From positions 124,001-188,000 of the forward strand of contig NIVC01000083.1 of the NCBI GenBank assembly GCA_002269645.1: a stretch of DNA of 64,000 bases, in the 5' to 3' direction. Every line of letters begins with the position of its first letter. Positions within the stretch are counted from its first letter, which is position 1. The stretch comes from Macrostomum lignano (Eukaryota). A program made the position numbers and the translations under genes. The notes under the pieces were generated by a model. It saw only the letters and a program-made list of their open reading frames with translations, was not told the DNA's origin and did not search any database. Below, in pieces: positions 12,920 to 26,409 of the stretch.

Positions 12920-15900
12920 ATGGAGTCGCAAAGTAGTCATACAACTGCAGAATCCGAACCGCCTTTGATTCGGAAACTTAAAAAAGTTTTAGACACTCGC
13001 CTTGAAAATGATCTTGTAAGTGATATAAGCCTATTCGTGGTCAAGTGGTGTTAACTGTTGTGTTGTTCATGTAGACCATAGTTCGGAAGGCGACATGTAT
13101 ATCGGGATTTCCTGGCATACAAGGATCTTACCATTTTCAGTGTGTATATCAGGTTATATCCCAGCATACATGACAGCAGATACACTATGTCAAATGATAG
13201 TTTTTGTATTGGTGCACAAACCTGGCATGCAACTGAGGTCTCATCATTTTTTTGGCATTTTTTGGAGTTATGGAATATAGGCCATGCCACCATAGGCCCT
13301 AGCCTAGTCACCATGGTTTGGATCGTGTAGTAGTGTACCCTGGAACAAGAATCTTATCTCAGCTAAATGTATGCCAGATTGCCAGTATACGCCAAAAACA
13401 AAAAAAATCTCTAAAATGTACGCCAAAAATTCCTCCTAAAAAAGGTCATTCAGTTTTCACAAGTAGAGTTTTCTTAGAAACATTTTTTGTACAAAAATTC
13501 TTTCAAATATTACAAATATTTTCATTTTAAATAAACTTAAATTAAACCTACAATAAAAGAATCCAAAATTTACATTTTTAGCAATAATTTACACAAGTTT
13601 TATTTATTGTTAATTGTAAAAAAGCAAAAAGTTTATCACTGACTTTCTAGACTATATAAATTTTCCTTCATTTTATGTAAAAACTTAAAAGGGTTAATTT
13701 ACATTATAATTTTTTTACACGCATCAATTTATTCACCAAAATTGGTACGCCAAAAATTTCTTGAGCTCAAAGTCGTATGCCAAAGTGGTACGCCAAAATA
13801 GCCAAACTTCTCAATGGTACGCCAGAAATTTTGGCGCATGACCAAGATGGCCACACACCAAGATGGCTACAGCTCTGAATGGCTGCTTGGATAGGAATAG
13901 GTCTATATATTTCCTCATTTCCTATTGGCTGTGATTGGGGTGGGGTATGACATAGCAAGTCTTGGAGAAAACAGCTAGATTTTGTTGGTGAAATTAGACT
14001 AAGTAAAACAAAAAACACTTCCCTTTACAGCAGGTATTACTACCTACTAAAGCTAGTAGCACTACTAGCACAAGACATTTGATTTTTGTATCATGGATAA
14101 TAGTTTTAAACCTATCTCAATATACTAAAACTGACGTGTTTTTTGTATATACTATATGTTAAAAGTTAAAGGTAGAGGGTAAAGGTATTAGTTATAATAG
14201 AAGTAAGCAAAAATTGGAGTGCCCTCTTGTCTCTCATCTTTTCTCTCATCTCTGCACTCTCGTCTCTTATCTTTTCTCTGTCATCTCAGCCCTCTCGTCT
14301 CTAATCTTTTCTCTCTCTCTCTCATCTCTGCCCTCTCCTCTCTCATCTCTTGCCCTCTCCTCTATCATCTATTCTCTCTCTCATGTCTGCCCTCTTCTCT
14401 CATCTTTTCTCTCTCATGTCTGCCCTCTCCTCTCATCTTGTCTCTCTCTCATCTCTGCCCTCTCCTCTCTCCTCTCCCCACCTCTCTCCTCTCCTCTCTC
14501 CTCTCCTCTCTCCTCACCTCTTTGCTCTCATCTTCCTTTTCCTCTTCATTCTCTTCTCCCTTTCCTCCTTTCTCCTCTCCATTAATCTCCCTTCTCCTCT
14601 CTCTCCGCTCGTATTTAATCTCTCCTCTCATCAACTCTCTTCTCCTTTATTCCTTCGCCTCTCCTTTATCCTATGCTTGTATTTCTCTTCTCTATTCCTT
14701 ACCCTCTCTCCTCATCTCTGGCCCGCTCTGTCATCAGGACTCCTCGCTTCGCTTTGGGGGCCAACGAAGCAGACTAGAAGGGCAGTCATGAGCTGGGTTC
14801 TCAATCGAGGTAAAAAGTTTGCCAACCCCTGCACTAAAAGCACCTGGCTTAGTCACATTAGATAAAAACTACATGTATAGTGGAATGGGATTGAGAACAA
14901 CGTGAACTAGCCTCTCTACTCTCAACCTCTCTACTCTCAGCCTCTCTCTACTCTCAGCCTCTATCCACTCTCAACCTCTATCCCCAGCCCCTCTCTACTC
15001 TCAGCCCCTCTCTGCTCTCAGCCCCTCTCTGCTCTCAGCCTCTCTCTGCTCTCAGCCCCTCTCTGCTCTCAGCCCCTCTCTACTCTCAGCCCCTCTCTGC
15101 TCTCAGCCCCTCTCTGCTCTCAGCCCCTCTCTGCTCTCAGCCTCTCTCTGCTCTCAGCCCCTCTCTGCTCTCAGCCCCTCTCTACTCTCAGCCCCTCTCT
15201 GCTCTCAGCCTCTCTCTACTATCAGCCTCTACTTTCATCTTCTCTCTCAGCTCAGCTTATATCTAGTTGTAAAATCTGAAGTCATACTCAACCAAAAACT
15301 TGTCTTTCGAAAACATGTATCGGCAAAATCTCTGGCCTGCTGTCTCTCTATGTCCCTCGGATCCTTTGAAACTTCTATCTTCTCTTTTGTTTCCTCTCTC
15401 TCTCTTCTCTCTCTCTTCTCTTCTCTTCTTTCCTATCTCCTCTCTCCCATCTTCTCTCGTCGATCTTCCCTCACCTCTCTTCTCTTTCATCTTTGCTCTC
15501 TCTTCTCATTTATCTCTGGTCTCCACTCTCTCCCCTTAGGAAAGAAGGAAAGATAGGAAAGATAGATAGCAAACATAGGAAAGAAGCCTATGTTTGAAAA
15601 AGTCCCGACTTGTACCAGCTGAGGCCAGCTAGAAGGCAACGCGGGAGAGATATTGTTGTAGAATATCCAATCGAGAATGTGCCCACCCACCTTCTGGTGG
15701 ATGGGGGCAGTGCGCTGTCTTTGCAAAAAGCCAAAAACTATTCTAAAAAATTCCGGCTTACATGTAACCTTCCTGAGTGTGGCCTAGTCAAAAAGTTGGC
15801 ACAGTTATAGTGATTTTGCATTGAAGTAATTTTAATTTTGAATTTTTAAAACTGGGATTCATCAAAAATCATTTTTGAAATGTTGATTATGTTTAAACAA

Positions 15901-18778
15901 TTACACATTCATGACCATGTTACACAAGAATGCACACTGAATTATTGTCTATTTGACCTATATAAAACAGGAACTGGTAGAAAGCCTCAAAGCTGTATCA
16001 GAATTTTTCACCGAGAACAACATTCGTTCTAGACGAAGTCTTCGATCAGATATGGAAAGTCGTTATGTTGTCATCTATGAAGAATTTCTGCACTCATTTA
16101 AATCTGTCAAGGATGTAAGGCATTGACTGATTTATTGGTATTTATGCAGACTTTAGAGAAGCTTTTAGACTCTGGTGTAGTAATGGCCCATGGGTTAAAC
16201 TCATTGACCTCACCTGACCCTGGGATTTGACTCATTGACCTACTTACCTGACCCTGGGATTTGACTCATTGACCTCACCTGACCCTGGGATTTGACTCAT
16301 TGATCTACTTACCTGACCCTGGGATTTGACTCATTGACCTACTTACCTGACCCTGAAATTTGACTCATTGACCTACTTACCTGACCCTGGGATTTGACTC
16401 ATTGACCTACTTACCTGACCCTGGGATTTGACTCATTGACCTACTTACCTGACCCTGAAATTTGACTCATTGACCTACTTACCTGACCCTGGGATTTGAC
16501 TCATTGACCTACTTACCTGACCCTGAAATTTGACTCATTGACCTACTTACCTGACCCTGGGATTTGACTCATTGACCTACTTACCTGACCCTGAAATTTG
16601 ACTCATTGACCTACTTACCTGACCCTGGGATTTGACTCATTGACCTACTTACCTGACCCTGAAATTTGACTCATTGACCTACTTACCTGACCCTGGGATT
16701 TGACTCATTGACCTACTTACCTGACCCTGGGATTTGACTCATTGACCTACTTACCTGACCCTGGGATTTGACTCATTGCCCTACTTACCTGACCCTAGGA
16801 TTTGACTCATTGACCTACTTACCTGACCCTGGGATTTGACTCATTGACCTACTTACCTGACCCTAGGATTTGACTCATTGACCTACTTACCTGACCCTAG
16901 GATTTGACTCATTGACCTACTTACCTGACCCTGGGATTTGACTCATTGACCTACTTACCTGACCCTGGGATTTGACTCATTGCCTTACTTATCCAGACTA
17001 GGTTGGACTCTGAGCTTCGAACTCAGAAATTTGACCTCTTGACCTACTAACTCTATATATCCTGCTTGTTGACCCACTAACTCAAGGGTTAGAATTATTG
17101 ACCCATTGGGATTTCATGGGATTGGCGCGTGAAATTCACACAACCAAACCCAATGTGCTCAGGACCTGGAGGAGCTGTACGATGCAGTGTCGGCAATGAA
17201 CTCCAGCTGCAAAGACATGAGCGTCCGCCTTCAAGAAGCGAAATCTCAAACTGAGCACCTGCTAAGAGAGACGAGTCGAATTCAACGAGAAAGCGAAGAA
17301 TATGAGATTAGATCAAGAGTAGCCGAAGTTGTATTAGAATTGTTTCAGCTCACTCCGGAACAGGTAATTTTTACGCGTTTTTTTTATTTTAGACTACTGT
17401 TAGTATGTTAAAAGTGCGTTCTCCTTTATTTTATTGATTGAAAAAATCATTTAGGAGCAGCAACTGACGGACAAGGCGTCTCCTGTAACTGAAGATTTCT
17501 TCAAAGCTTTAGAACGCTCCAAACAGATTCACTCAGATTGCAAACTGCTACTCATGGCGCAGAATCAGAGAGCCGGGTTAGAAGTGATGGAGCAGATGTC
17601 TGTATTGATGGAGTGCGGTTGCGAGAAGCTCTATCGTTGGATACAGAACGAATGCCGAATGCAGGCGGGCGAGAGCGCCGAGGTCACCGCTCTGATGACT
17701 CAAGCCTTTCAGGTATTAGAGGATTAAAGTGGAAGGGGATTAGAGAGGGAGAGGATTAAAGTGGAAGGGGATTAGAGAGGGAGAGGATTAAAGTGGAAGG
17801 GGATTAGAGAGGGAGAGGATTAAAGTGGAAGGGGATTAGAGAGGGAGAGGATTAAAGAGGAAGGGGATTAGAGAAGGAAAGGATTAAAGAGGAAGGGGAT
17901 TCAGAGAAGTAGAGGATTAAAGAGGAAGGGGATTAGAGAATGAGAGAATTAAAGATGAATGGGATAAAAAGAGATAATTAAAGAGGAAGGGGATTTAGAG
18001 GGAGGGGATTAAATTTGAGGGGAATTAGAGGAGGAGAGGATTAGAGAGATGGGGTGACATCAGGGAGATTAAAGATCATTAGTTGGGGAGACAGTCTCTA
18101 TAATACAAGCTATATGGTGTAAAATAGAAGCCGAATGCCAGTAAAAATCCCCAGATTAACTACCACGGCCCGATTATTTACCTATCAGGTACTGCAAGAT
18201 CGCCCAGTGCTATTCAAATACGCCCTGGACGAGTACGCCAATGCCAGGCGGGCCGCTCTCGTCAAAGCTTTCATTGAGGCGCTCACGCGTGGTGGCAGCG
18301 GCGGCGGGGGACCCCGACCGATGGAGCTGCACTCGCACGATCCGCAGCGCTACGTTGGCGACATGCTGGCCTGGCTGCATCAGGCCACGGCCTCGGAGAC
18401 TGAGAGTCTGGACTCGCTGCTCAAACTGTGCGATGACGATGCCGAGGCTGATGGGAACGAGGCTGCCGTTGCTATTGGAAACGAGGCTAAGGACGAGGAC
18501 GGCGAAGCAGAGGCTGGAGCTGCTAATGGCACTGACAAGTGAGCTTTGTGTGGAGAGCAGACAGACACACAGACAGGCAGGCAGATACTAAGGCAGACAG
18601 AAGGACAAACGGAAGCTAAGGCACTAATACACTTAGACAGCCAGGCAGACAGACACTAAGGCAGACAGACAGACAGACAGACACTAAGGCAGACAGACAG
18701 AAGCTAAGGCACTAATATACTTAGACAGCCAGGCAGACAGACAGTCAGAGAGACAGACAGACAGACAGACAGACAGTC

Positions 18779-18811
<33 letters not shown>

Positions 18812-18904
18812 CACAGACAGGCAGACAGACAGACAGGCAGGCAGACACAGACACACAGAAGCTAAGGCACAAGTACACTTAAACAGCCAGGCAGACAGAC
18901 AGTC

Positions 18905-18945
<41 letters not shown>

Positions 18946-21900
18946 CACAGACAGGCAGACAGACAGACAGGCAGGCAGACACAGACACACAGAAGCTAAG
19001 GCACAAGTACACTTAAACAGCCAGGCAGACAGACAGACAGGAGACTGATAGACAAACAAAGAATTTAGCAATTAGCAATTATGCATCAACGCCCACCAAC
19101 CGCAGCTCAACCGATATCGCCAGTAGTCGTTCAAGTCGGCGTCAGTTGCGAGCCGCCTGCCTCTGCAGTCTGAGCGAAGGCGTCTGTCGGCCGTTACGAC
19201 TGCGCGTTGAACAGGTGAGCGTATGCAAGGGACATACTTGTATATATTATTCTCTTTTACCCATTTGTCAATAATATCTGCGCCTATCCACCATCCCGCA
19301 CACCTGCCCAGGCCCTAGTTGGAGTCCAGGACGCAAGCGTGCTCTACCGGCTACACAATTTGCTGAGATTTCATCAGGGCACACTAGACCGAGTGCTTGG
19401 CTCCAACAGCTCTCTGGCTACTACAGTTGGCGATCTGGGCCAACTATGCTGGCGCCTATTCTTTGGCGCGCTAACCAATGGCGCTCAACGGGCGCTAGAA
19501 ACAGTGGAACCATTGGCTACTTATGCTAGCGGAACTGCGGCTGGAGCTGGCGCCGGTATCGACGACTGGGACAGGCTGCGCGCTCCGCCGGCCGTGGCCG
19601 AGACCCTGCGACTGCTGCAGCAGGTTGGCATATATTTTGATGGGATCCTTTTAGGAGGGATGGGATCTTTTTAGGAGGGATGGGATCCTTTTAGGAGGGA
19701 TGGGATCCTTTTAGGAGGGATGGGATCCTTTTAGGAGGGATGGGATCTTTTTAAGAGGGATGGGATCCTTTTAAGAGAGATTGGATCTTTTTAGGAAAGA
19801 TGGATCGTCTTAGGAGAGATAGGATCTTCTTAATGGAGAAGGGATCTTCTTAGGAGATATGGGAACTTTTAGGTAAGATATTGTTGGGGAGAGATGGGAT
19901 ATTGTTAGGGAGAGATGGGATATTGTTGGGGAGAAATGGGATATTGTTGGGGAGAAATGGGATATTGTTGGGGAGAAATGGGATATTGTTGGGGAGAGAT
20001 GGGATATTGTTAGGGAGAAATGGGATCTTGTTGGGGAGAGATAAGATATTGTTGGGAAGAAATTGGGTCATTTTAGCGAGATGGGATTTTGTGGAGAGAT
20101 AGAATCTTTTAGGAAAAATGAGATCTTTTTAGGATATAAGGGATCTTTCTAGGAGAGATAAGATCTCTTTAGGAAATGGGATCTCTAGGAGAAATAAAAT
20201 CTTTTTAAGAGAGATTCTTCTGGATAGATAAGATCATTCAATAAAGTACAGGTATCTAAATGAAATGATAGAATGAACCAAGATAACGGATGTCACCCCT
20301 CCTGTACTCATCAAGGTTCTGACAGCCCAGGACTCCGGCATGGCGCCTCTGTCGCAGCGTCGTGACGATCTCCGTCAAGTACTGGACACCTGCATCGACC
20401 CGTTGCTGAAGCTGTGCACAGTGACAGCCACTCGTCTCAGCCCGTTGGAGCTGGCCATCTTCATGGCAAACTCCCTGCACAGCCTGCAGACTGGCTTAGC
20501 CGCCTACGAATTCACTGAGACTCATATTGAACGCCTGCAGGCTCAGCTGGAGCCTCAGCTGGACGCTCTGGTTGCTGAGCAGTTGTCTCATATTTTGGTT
20601 AGCCTGCGCATGCTGGAACTTTATCAGACTGTGAGTTTGGCTTTCAGGAAGCTTTGGGGAAGAGCGGAGAGGTAGGTTCAAGAATATTGAGGCAGATTCA
20701 AGGATCAGAGAGGCAGATTCAGAGATCAGAGAGGCAGATTCAGAGATCAGAGAGGCAGATTCAAGGATCAGAGAGGCAGATTCAAGCACACTGAGGCAGG
20801 TTCAAGGATCAGAGAAGCAGATTTAAGGACACTGAGGCAGATTCAAGGACACTGAGGCAGATTCAAGGATCAATGAGGCAGATTCAAGGATACTGAGGCA
20901 GATTCAAGGATACTGAGGCAGATTCAAGGATCAGAGAGGCAGATTCAAGGATGAGAGAGGCAGATTCAAGGATCAGAGAGGCAGATTCAAGGATGAGAGA
21001 GGCAGATTCAAGCACACTGAGGCAGATTCAAGGATCAGAGAAGCAGATTTAAGGACACTGAGGCAGATTGAAGGACACTGAGGCAGATTCAAGGATCAAT
21101 GAGGCAGATTCAAGGATCAATGAGGCAGATTCAAGGATCAGAGAGGCAGATTCAGAGATCAGAGAGGCAGATTCAAGGATCAGAGAGGCAGATTCAAGCA
21201 CACTGAGGCAGGTTCAAGGATCAGAGAAGCAGATTTAAGGACACTGAGGCAGATTCAAGGACACTGAGGCAGATTCAAGGATCAATGAGGCAGATTCAAG
21301 GATACTGAGGCAGATTCAAGGATACTGAGGCAGATTCAAGGATCAGAGAGGCAGATTCAAGGATGAGAGAGGCAGATTCAAGGATCAGAGAGGCAGATTC
21401 AAGGATGAGAGAGGCAGATTCAAGCACACTGAGGCAGATTCAAGGATCAGAGAAGCAGATTTAAGGACACTGAGGCAGATTGAAGGACACTGAGGCAGAT
21501 TCAAGGATCAATGAGGCAGATTCAAGGATCAGAGAGGCAGATTCAGAGATCAGAGAGGCAGATTCAAGGATACTGAGGCAGATTCAAGGATCAGAGAGGC
21601 AGATTCAGAGATCAGAGAGGCAGATTCAGAGATCAGAGAGGCAGATTCAGAGATCAGAGAGGCAGATTCAAGGATCAGAGAAGCAGATTTAAGGACACTG
21701 AGGCAGATTCAAGGACACTGAGGCAGATTCAAGGATCAGAGAGGCAGATTCAGAGATCAGAGAGGCAGATTCAGAGATCAGAGAGGCAGATTCAAGGATC
21801 AGAGAAGCAGATTTAAGGACACTGAGGCAGATTCAAGGACACTGAGGCAGATTCAAGGATCAGAGAGGCAGATTCAGAGATCAGAGAGGCAGATTCAAGG

Positions 21901-22417
21901 ATCAGAGAAGCAGATTTAAGGACACTGAGGCAGATTCAAGGATCAGAGAAGCAGATTTAAGGACACTGAGGCAGATTCAAGGACACTGAGGCAGATTCAA
22001 GGATACTGAGGCAGATTCAAGGACACTGAGGCAGATTCAGATTCAGTGCTCAAGCCAGCATACCTGTGAGCAATACTAACACTACAACACCCACAGGTGG
22101 AGCAGCACCAGCAGCAGCACCAGCAGCAGCCTCTATCCTACCTGGAGGCGCCCTGTCTCAGCCTGTCGGCAGTGAAAGCAGCCGCTGCCCGATTCGATTC
22201 CTACCTGGCGAATCCCGACAGTCTGGCGCTGCCTCAGCTGCAGGCGCTGCAGAGCTCCAAGCTCAGGCAGCTGGTTATTAGGCGAGTAGCGGACCAGATC
22301 CATTCGGTTTACACTGCTATATACGACGCCATTGTTAAACCCGAGAATCTGTTTGGCAAAGAGTTTGCCACCGTGCTAGTGCGGAATCCCGATCAGGTGG
22401 CCAAGCTGATTCTGTGA
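12920..22417 (+). CDS. COG6: Conserved oligomeric Golgi complex subunit 6; exons 12920-13015, 15971-16114, 17163-17363, 17455-17712, 18189-18538, 19106-19214, 19312-19623, 20316-20630, 22097-22417 (about 700 aa)
   Basis: All junctions are GT-AG and frame-consistent. Motifs [83 protein letters not shown] and FDSYLANPD match remembered COG6. Confidence 0.95.
14220..14720. repeat. CT-rich low-complexity tract in COG6 intron 1
   Basis: Visible polypyrimidine sequence. Confidence 0.9.
14908..15245. repeat. 17-bp minisatellite (CTCAGCCCCTCTCTGCT) in COG6 intron 1
   Basis: Visible tandem units. Confidence 0.93.
16195..16995. repeat. 34-bp minisatellite (GACTCATTGACCTACTTACCTGACCCTGGGATTT) in COG6 intron 2
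   Basis: About 23 visible, highly homogeneous units. Confidence 0.97.
17720..18050. repeat. 32-bp purine-rich minisatellite (GAGGATTAAAGTGGAAGGGGATTAGAGAGGGA) in COG6 intron 4
   Basis: Visible tandem units beginning a few bases after the donor. Confidence 0.9.
18560..19045. repeat. Compound (GACA)n repeat with CACTAAG/AAGCTAAGGCAC interruptions in COG6 intron 5
   Basis: Visible; contains a duplicated block. Confidence 0.92.
19637..20230. repeat. 20-bp (GATGGGATCCTTTTAGGAGG) grading into 21-bp (GGGATATTGTTGGGGAGAAAT) minisatellites in COG6 intron 7
   Basis: Visible tandem units. Confidence 0.9.
20685..22045. repeat. 20/21-bp minisatellite (GAGGCAGATTCAAGGATCAGA and variants) filling COG6 intron 8
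   Basis: Visible units; variant markers recur with 412-bp spacing. Confidence 0.96.
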
Positions 22418-22499
22418 CGCTCGTGTGTTCAGAATTGGTTTTTTGCTGCTTTTGGAGTCTTTTTATTTGTTTTGTTTGCTATTAAAACTGACTTGACAA

Positions 22500-22780
22500 G
22501 TTTGTTTTTCTTCTCTTCTTCCTTCCGCTTCCCCTGCTGCCTCCCAGTCTCCTTCTCTTCTCCCTCTGCCCCCTTCCCTCCCTCTGCCCCCTTCCCTCCC
22601 TCTCTCCCCTTCTCCCTCTCTCCCCTTCTCACTCTCCCCTCTCCCCCCTTCTCCCTCTCTCCCCTTCTCCCTCTCTCCCCTTCTCCCTCTCTCCCTTCTC
22701 CCTCTCTCCCCTTCTCCCTCTGTCCCCTTCTCCCTCTCTCCCCTTCTCCCTCTCTCCCCTTCTCTCTCATTCTGCCCTTT
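22500..22780. repeat. CT-rich tract downstream of COG6
   Basis: Visible low-complexity sequence. Confidence 0.85.
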
Positions 22781-23224
22781 TTATCTCTATTTACTTACTT
22801 GGTCAAATGCCTATAGTTAATAGTTATAATAATAATATTGTCCTATAGTTATAATAAAATTTCCAACCGCATTCAAGGTTTTATACTGCTTGTTTTGTTT
22901 GTTATTCTGGCTAATCGGTCTACAGATTGACTATAATTTACTTGGGATCGGCTCGTCCTATATGGTGTTTGTTAGTTTTGTAAAATAATTGTAATATCAG
23001 TCATAAAATATGCTAATATTGCAAGCTGTCAATGAGTACCGTGATTTCTGTCTGACTGTTTAATCTGTTAAAGTTCTCTAATCAGCACAAGTGCCACTTG
23101 ACACATTTTTTTTCAAATAAATGTTCTTGAAGTCTTTTGAACCTGTCTTTTGTTTTGAACCCTAATTTCCATTTTTTGAAGATAAATAGCTAAGTTTTTT
23201 GGCAGACACCCTCCTAGTTCCTCA

Positions 23225-24455
23225 ACTGCTAAGCCATCCTCCCAGATTCTCAGTTGCTGGGCCAGCCTCCCAGAGTGTCAGTTGCTGGGCCAGCCTCCCA
23301 GATCCTCAGTTGCTGGGCCAGCCTCCCAGATCCTCAGTTGCTTGGCCAGCCTCCCAGATCCTCAGTTGCTTGGCCAGCCTCCCAGATCCTCAGTTGCTGG
23401 GCCAGCCTCCCAGATCATCAGTTGCTGGGCCAGCCTCCCAGATCCTCAGTTGCTGGGCCAGCCTCCCACAGTGTCAGTTGCTGGGCCAGCCTTCCAGATC
23501 CTCAGTTGCTGGGCCAGCCTCCCAGAGTGTCAGTTGCTGGGCCAGCCTCCCAGATTCTCAGTTGCTGGGCCAGCCTCCCAGAGTGTCAGTTGCTGGGCCA
23601 GCCTCCCAGATCCTCAGTTGCTGGGCCAGCCTCCCAGATCCTCAGTTGCTTGGCCAGCCTCCCAGATCCTCAGTTGCTTGGCCAGCCTCCCAGATCCTCA
23701 GTTGCTGGGCCAGCCTCCCAGATCATCAGTTGCTGGGCCAGCCTCCCAGATCCTCAGTTGCTGGGCCAGCCTCCCAGATCCTCAGTTGCTTGGCCAGCCT
23801 CCCAGATCCTCAGTTGCTTGGCCAGCCTCCCAGATCCTCAGTTGCTGGGCCAGCCTCCCAGATCATCAGTTGCTGGGCCAGCCTCCCAGATCCTCAGTTG
23901 CTGGGCCAGCCTCCCACAGTGTCAGTTGCTGGGCCAGCCTTCCAGATCCTCAGTTGCTGGGCCAGCCTCCCAGAGTGTCAGTTGCTGGGCCAGCCTCCCA
24001 GATTCTCAGTTGCTGGGCCAGCCTCCCAGAGTGTCAGTTGCTGGGCCAGCCTCCCAGATCCTCAGTTGCTGGGCCAGCCTCCCAGATCCTCAGTTGCTTG
24101 GCCAGCCTCCCAGATCCTCAGTTGCTTGGCCAGCCTCCCAGATCCTCAGTTGCTGGGCCAGCCTCCCAGATCATCAGTTGCTGGGCCAGCCTCCCAGATC
24201 CTCAGTTGCTGGGCCAGCCTCCCAGATCCTCAGTTGCTGGGCCAGCCTCCCACAGTGTCAGTTGCTGGGCCAGCCTTCCAGATCCTCAGTTGCTGGGCCA
24301 GCCTCCCAGAGTGTCAGTTGCTGGGCCAGCCTCCCAGATCCTCAGTTGCTAGGCCAGTCTCCCAGAGTGTCAGTTGCTAGGCCAGCCTCCCAGAACATCA
24401 GTTGCTGGGCCAGCCTCCCAGAACATCAGTTTCTGGGCCATCCTCCCAGATCCCC
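23225..24455. repeat. 28-bp minisatellite (GTTGCTGGGCCAGCCTCCCAGATCCTCA), about 43 units, just upstream of MOB4
   Basis: Visible tandem units with higher-order variant blocks. Confidence 0.97.
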
Positions 24456-24548
24456 AGTCACTTCCCACCCGAATCGTCATCAAGCCATTCACTCATAGCT
24501 GCAATCGCCAAATTCACACCAACCCGCTGCCAACAGTCGTAGGCAGCG

Positions 24549-25331
24549 ATGGCATCGGCCGCTTTAGCCTCATCCCCACCAGATGGCTCAGCCGCAGATC
24601 CCCAGAAGATCATCCGCAGAAATCTGCCCGGCACCAGCCGAGCAAAATGGAGCAATTGGCCAGACCAGAGCTTCGACGAGATGGACTCAACCTTGACTGT
24701 GCAGCAGTACATTCAACAGCTGACTAAAGCCGATCCGTCTAATGTTGATCTGATTCTGAACCCTCCCGAAGGTCAGGACATCAACGTGTGGAAATACGAA
24801 CACCTCAGACAGTTCTGCATGGAGTTGAACGGCCTGGCTGTCCGGCTGCAAGCCGAATGCCGACCGGACGTGTGCAGTCAGATGACGGCCACTGAGCAGT
24901 GGATCTTCCTGTGCGCCGCCCATCGCACGCCGATGGAGTGCTCGGCCATAGACTATACCAGACACACCCTTGACGGGGCGGCCTGCCTACTCAATAGTAG
25001 TAAATACTTCCCTAGCCGGGTCAGCATTAAGGAGGCCAGTATTGGCAAACTGGCCAGCATCTGTCGCCGGGTCTATCGTGTGTTTTCGCACGCCTATTTT
25101 CATCACCGAGGCGTATTTGACGCATTCGAAGAGGAGACCTACTTGTGCAGACGATTCACCGTGTTTGTGATGAAATACCAGCTGATGACTAAGGAGATTC
25201 TTATTGTACCCGTGTTAGAGGAACTGGGCCTTGGCAACGAATCCACTGTTGGCGATTCAACTGTCAGCGCCTCTAGCGGGTCTCCAGCTAGCAAAGGCGA
25301 ATCAAGTTCTGCTAGTGAAACGGAAGCTTAA
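24549..25331 (+). CDS. MOB4: MOB kinase activator-like 4 / phocein (260 aa), intronless CDS
   Basis: The ORF contains [106 protein letters not shown] and [15 protein letters not shown], which are diagnostic of MOB4. Confidence 0.96.
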   Translation: MASAALASSPPDGSAADPQKIIRRNLPGTSRAKWSNWPDQSFDEMDSTLTVQQYIQQLTKADPSNVDLILNPPEGQDINVWKYEHLRQFCMELNGLAVRLQAECRPDVCSQMTATEQWIFLCAAHRTPMECSAIDYTRHTLDGAACLLNSSKYFPSRVSIKEASIGKLASICRRVYRVFSHAYFHHRGVFDAFEEETYLCRRFTVFVMKYQLMTKEILIVPVLEELGLGNESTVGDSTVSASSGSPASKGESSSASETEA

Positions 25332-26409
25332 TCCGTTATAATCGTTGTTTTTTATATAACTAGCTGATTAGGTCAATGTTAAATGACGTCAAAATTTTTT
25401 TTTCATTTTTATTTAGTAAGCATTACTTTTGTCAGTTCAAGTTATAAAAAGTGACTGTCTTAGTCTGTGTTAAACATCGCCTACAATTAGAGATTTTAGT
25501 TGGTTTTTTCCGAGGTATTTCCGGAGTTGAGGAAGAAACAGAAGAGAGAGGGAGAGAGAGACGGAGTAGGAGATTAGGAAGAAAAATGGAGTGGAACGGA
25601 GTAGAGAACAGGGAGAGATGAAGAGTGAGTAAAGAGGGAGTGGAGGAGAGAGGAGGCAAAGGGGAGAGCGAGAGGAGGGAAGGGAAGAGTGGAGGAGGAG
25701 GGAAGGGAAGAGTGGAGGAGGAGGGTTAGGGTTAGAGAATGAAAGGAAACTCGTAGTAGAGGGAGCGGAAGTGAAACAGTGTCGAGAGTGACAGGGAGAT
25801 AGGATGAGGGACAGGGATAAGAAGATAAAGAGTGAGAGGGACTGCAGTCTCAGCAAAGATTCTATGTACTTGAAAGTACTTTGAAGACTCGTCATTCACT
25901 TCAGGCCTGCAAGGATGTTGCAAAGATGCTGAAAAAATTTGTTCTACTACGTAAAATGAACTGCGAAAACTTGAATTGTACAATGAGAAACTATGATTAT
26001 TATATTATGTGTTAATACTTTATTAATTAGATAAATATGTGTAGATAAAAATGCAAACATTTAATCCATTATATTGTTGTACTTTGTCTAATTAATCTCT
26101 TCTGCGTTAGAAACAAATTTATAAGCTTGTGTGTTTTATATTATATTTATGTCTAATTTTGTGTTTTTTCTCTATTTACTCGATTTTTGGCATGCCATTA
26201 AATGCTTAATCAACTGTTTATTGTTAGCTGCCTGCCTAATCTTGAGCTGGTAAGGAGCTGGCTTGTTAGCCAGTTGTTAGTTAATCATTTTAGTAAACTT
26301 ATTCGTATCGATTTCTTATTTATAATGAACATTTTCTTGTGTCTGCACTTTAAGTATTGACATCTGAATTACATGTGAAATTTATTTGTGATCTAAGCAT
26401 AAGAAGAGT

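Noticed and set aside
13230-13870. Cluster of TACGCCAAAA-like motifs suggesting MITE subterminal repeats
   Set aside because: No matching pair of termini or TSD could be identified; it is probably a decayed element but unsupported.
14715-14835. GTTTGCCAACCCCTG resembling the right end of a hAT MITE
   Set aside because: No corresponding left end or TSD found.
15610-15810. ORF with [11 protein letters not shown], like a retroviral aspartic-protease motif
   Set aside because: It is a single short motif with no gag/RT context or LTRs; insufficient without a search.
25720-25735. TTAGGG-like units here and at about 8270 and 10920
   Set aside because: Only one to two units each; expected by chance, not interstitial telomere.
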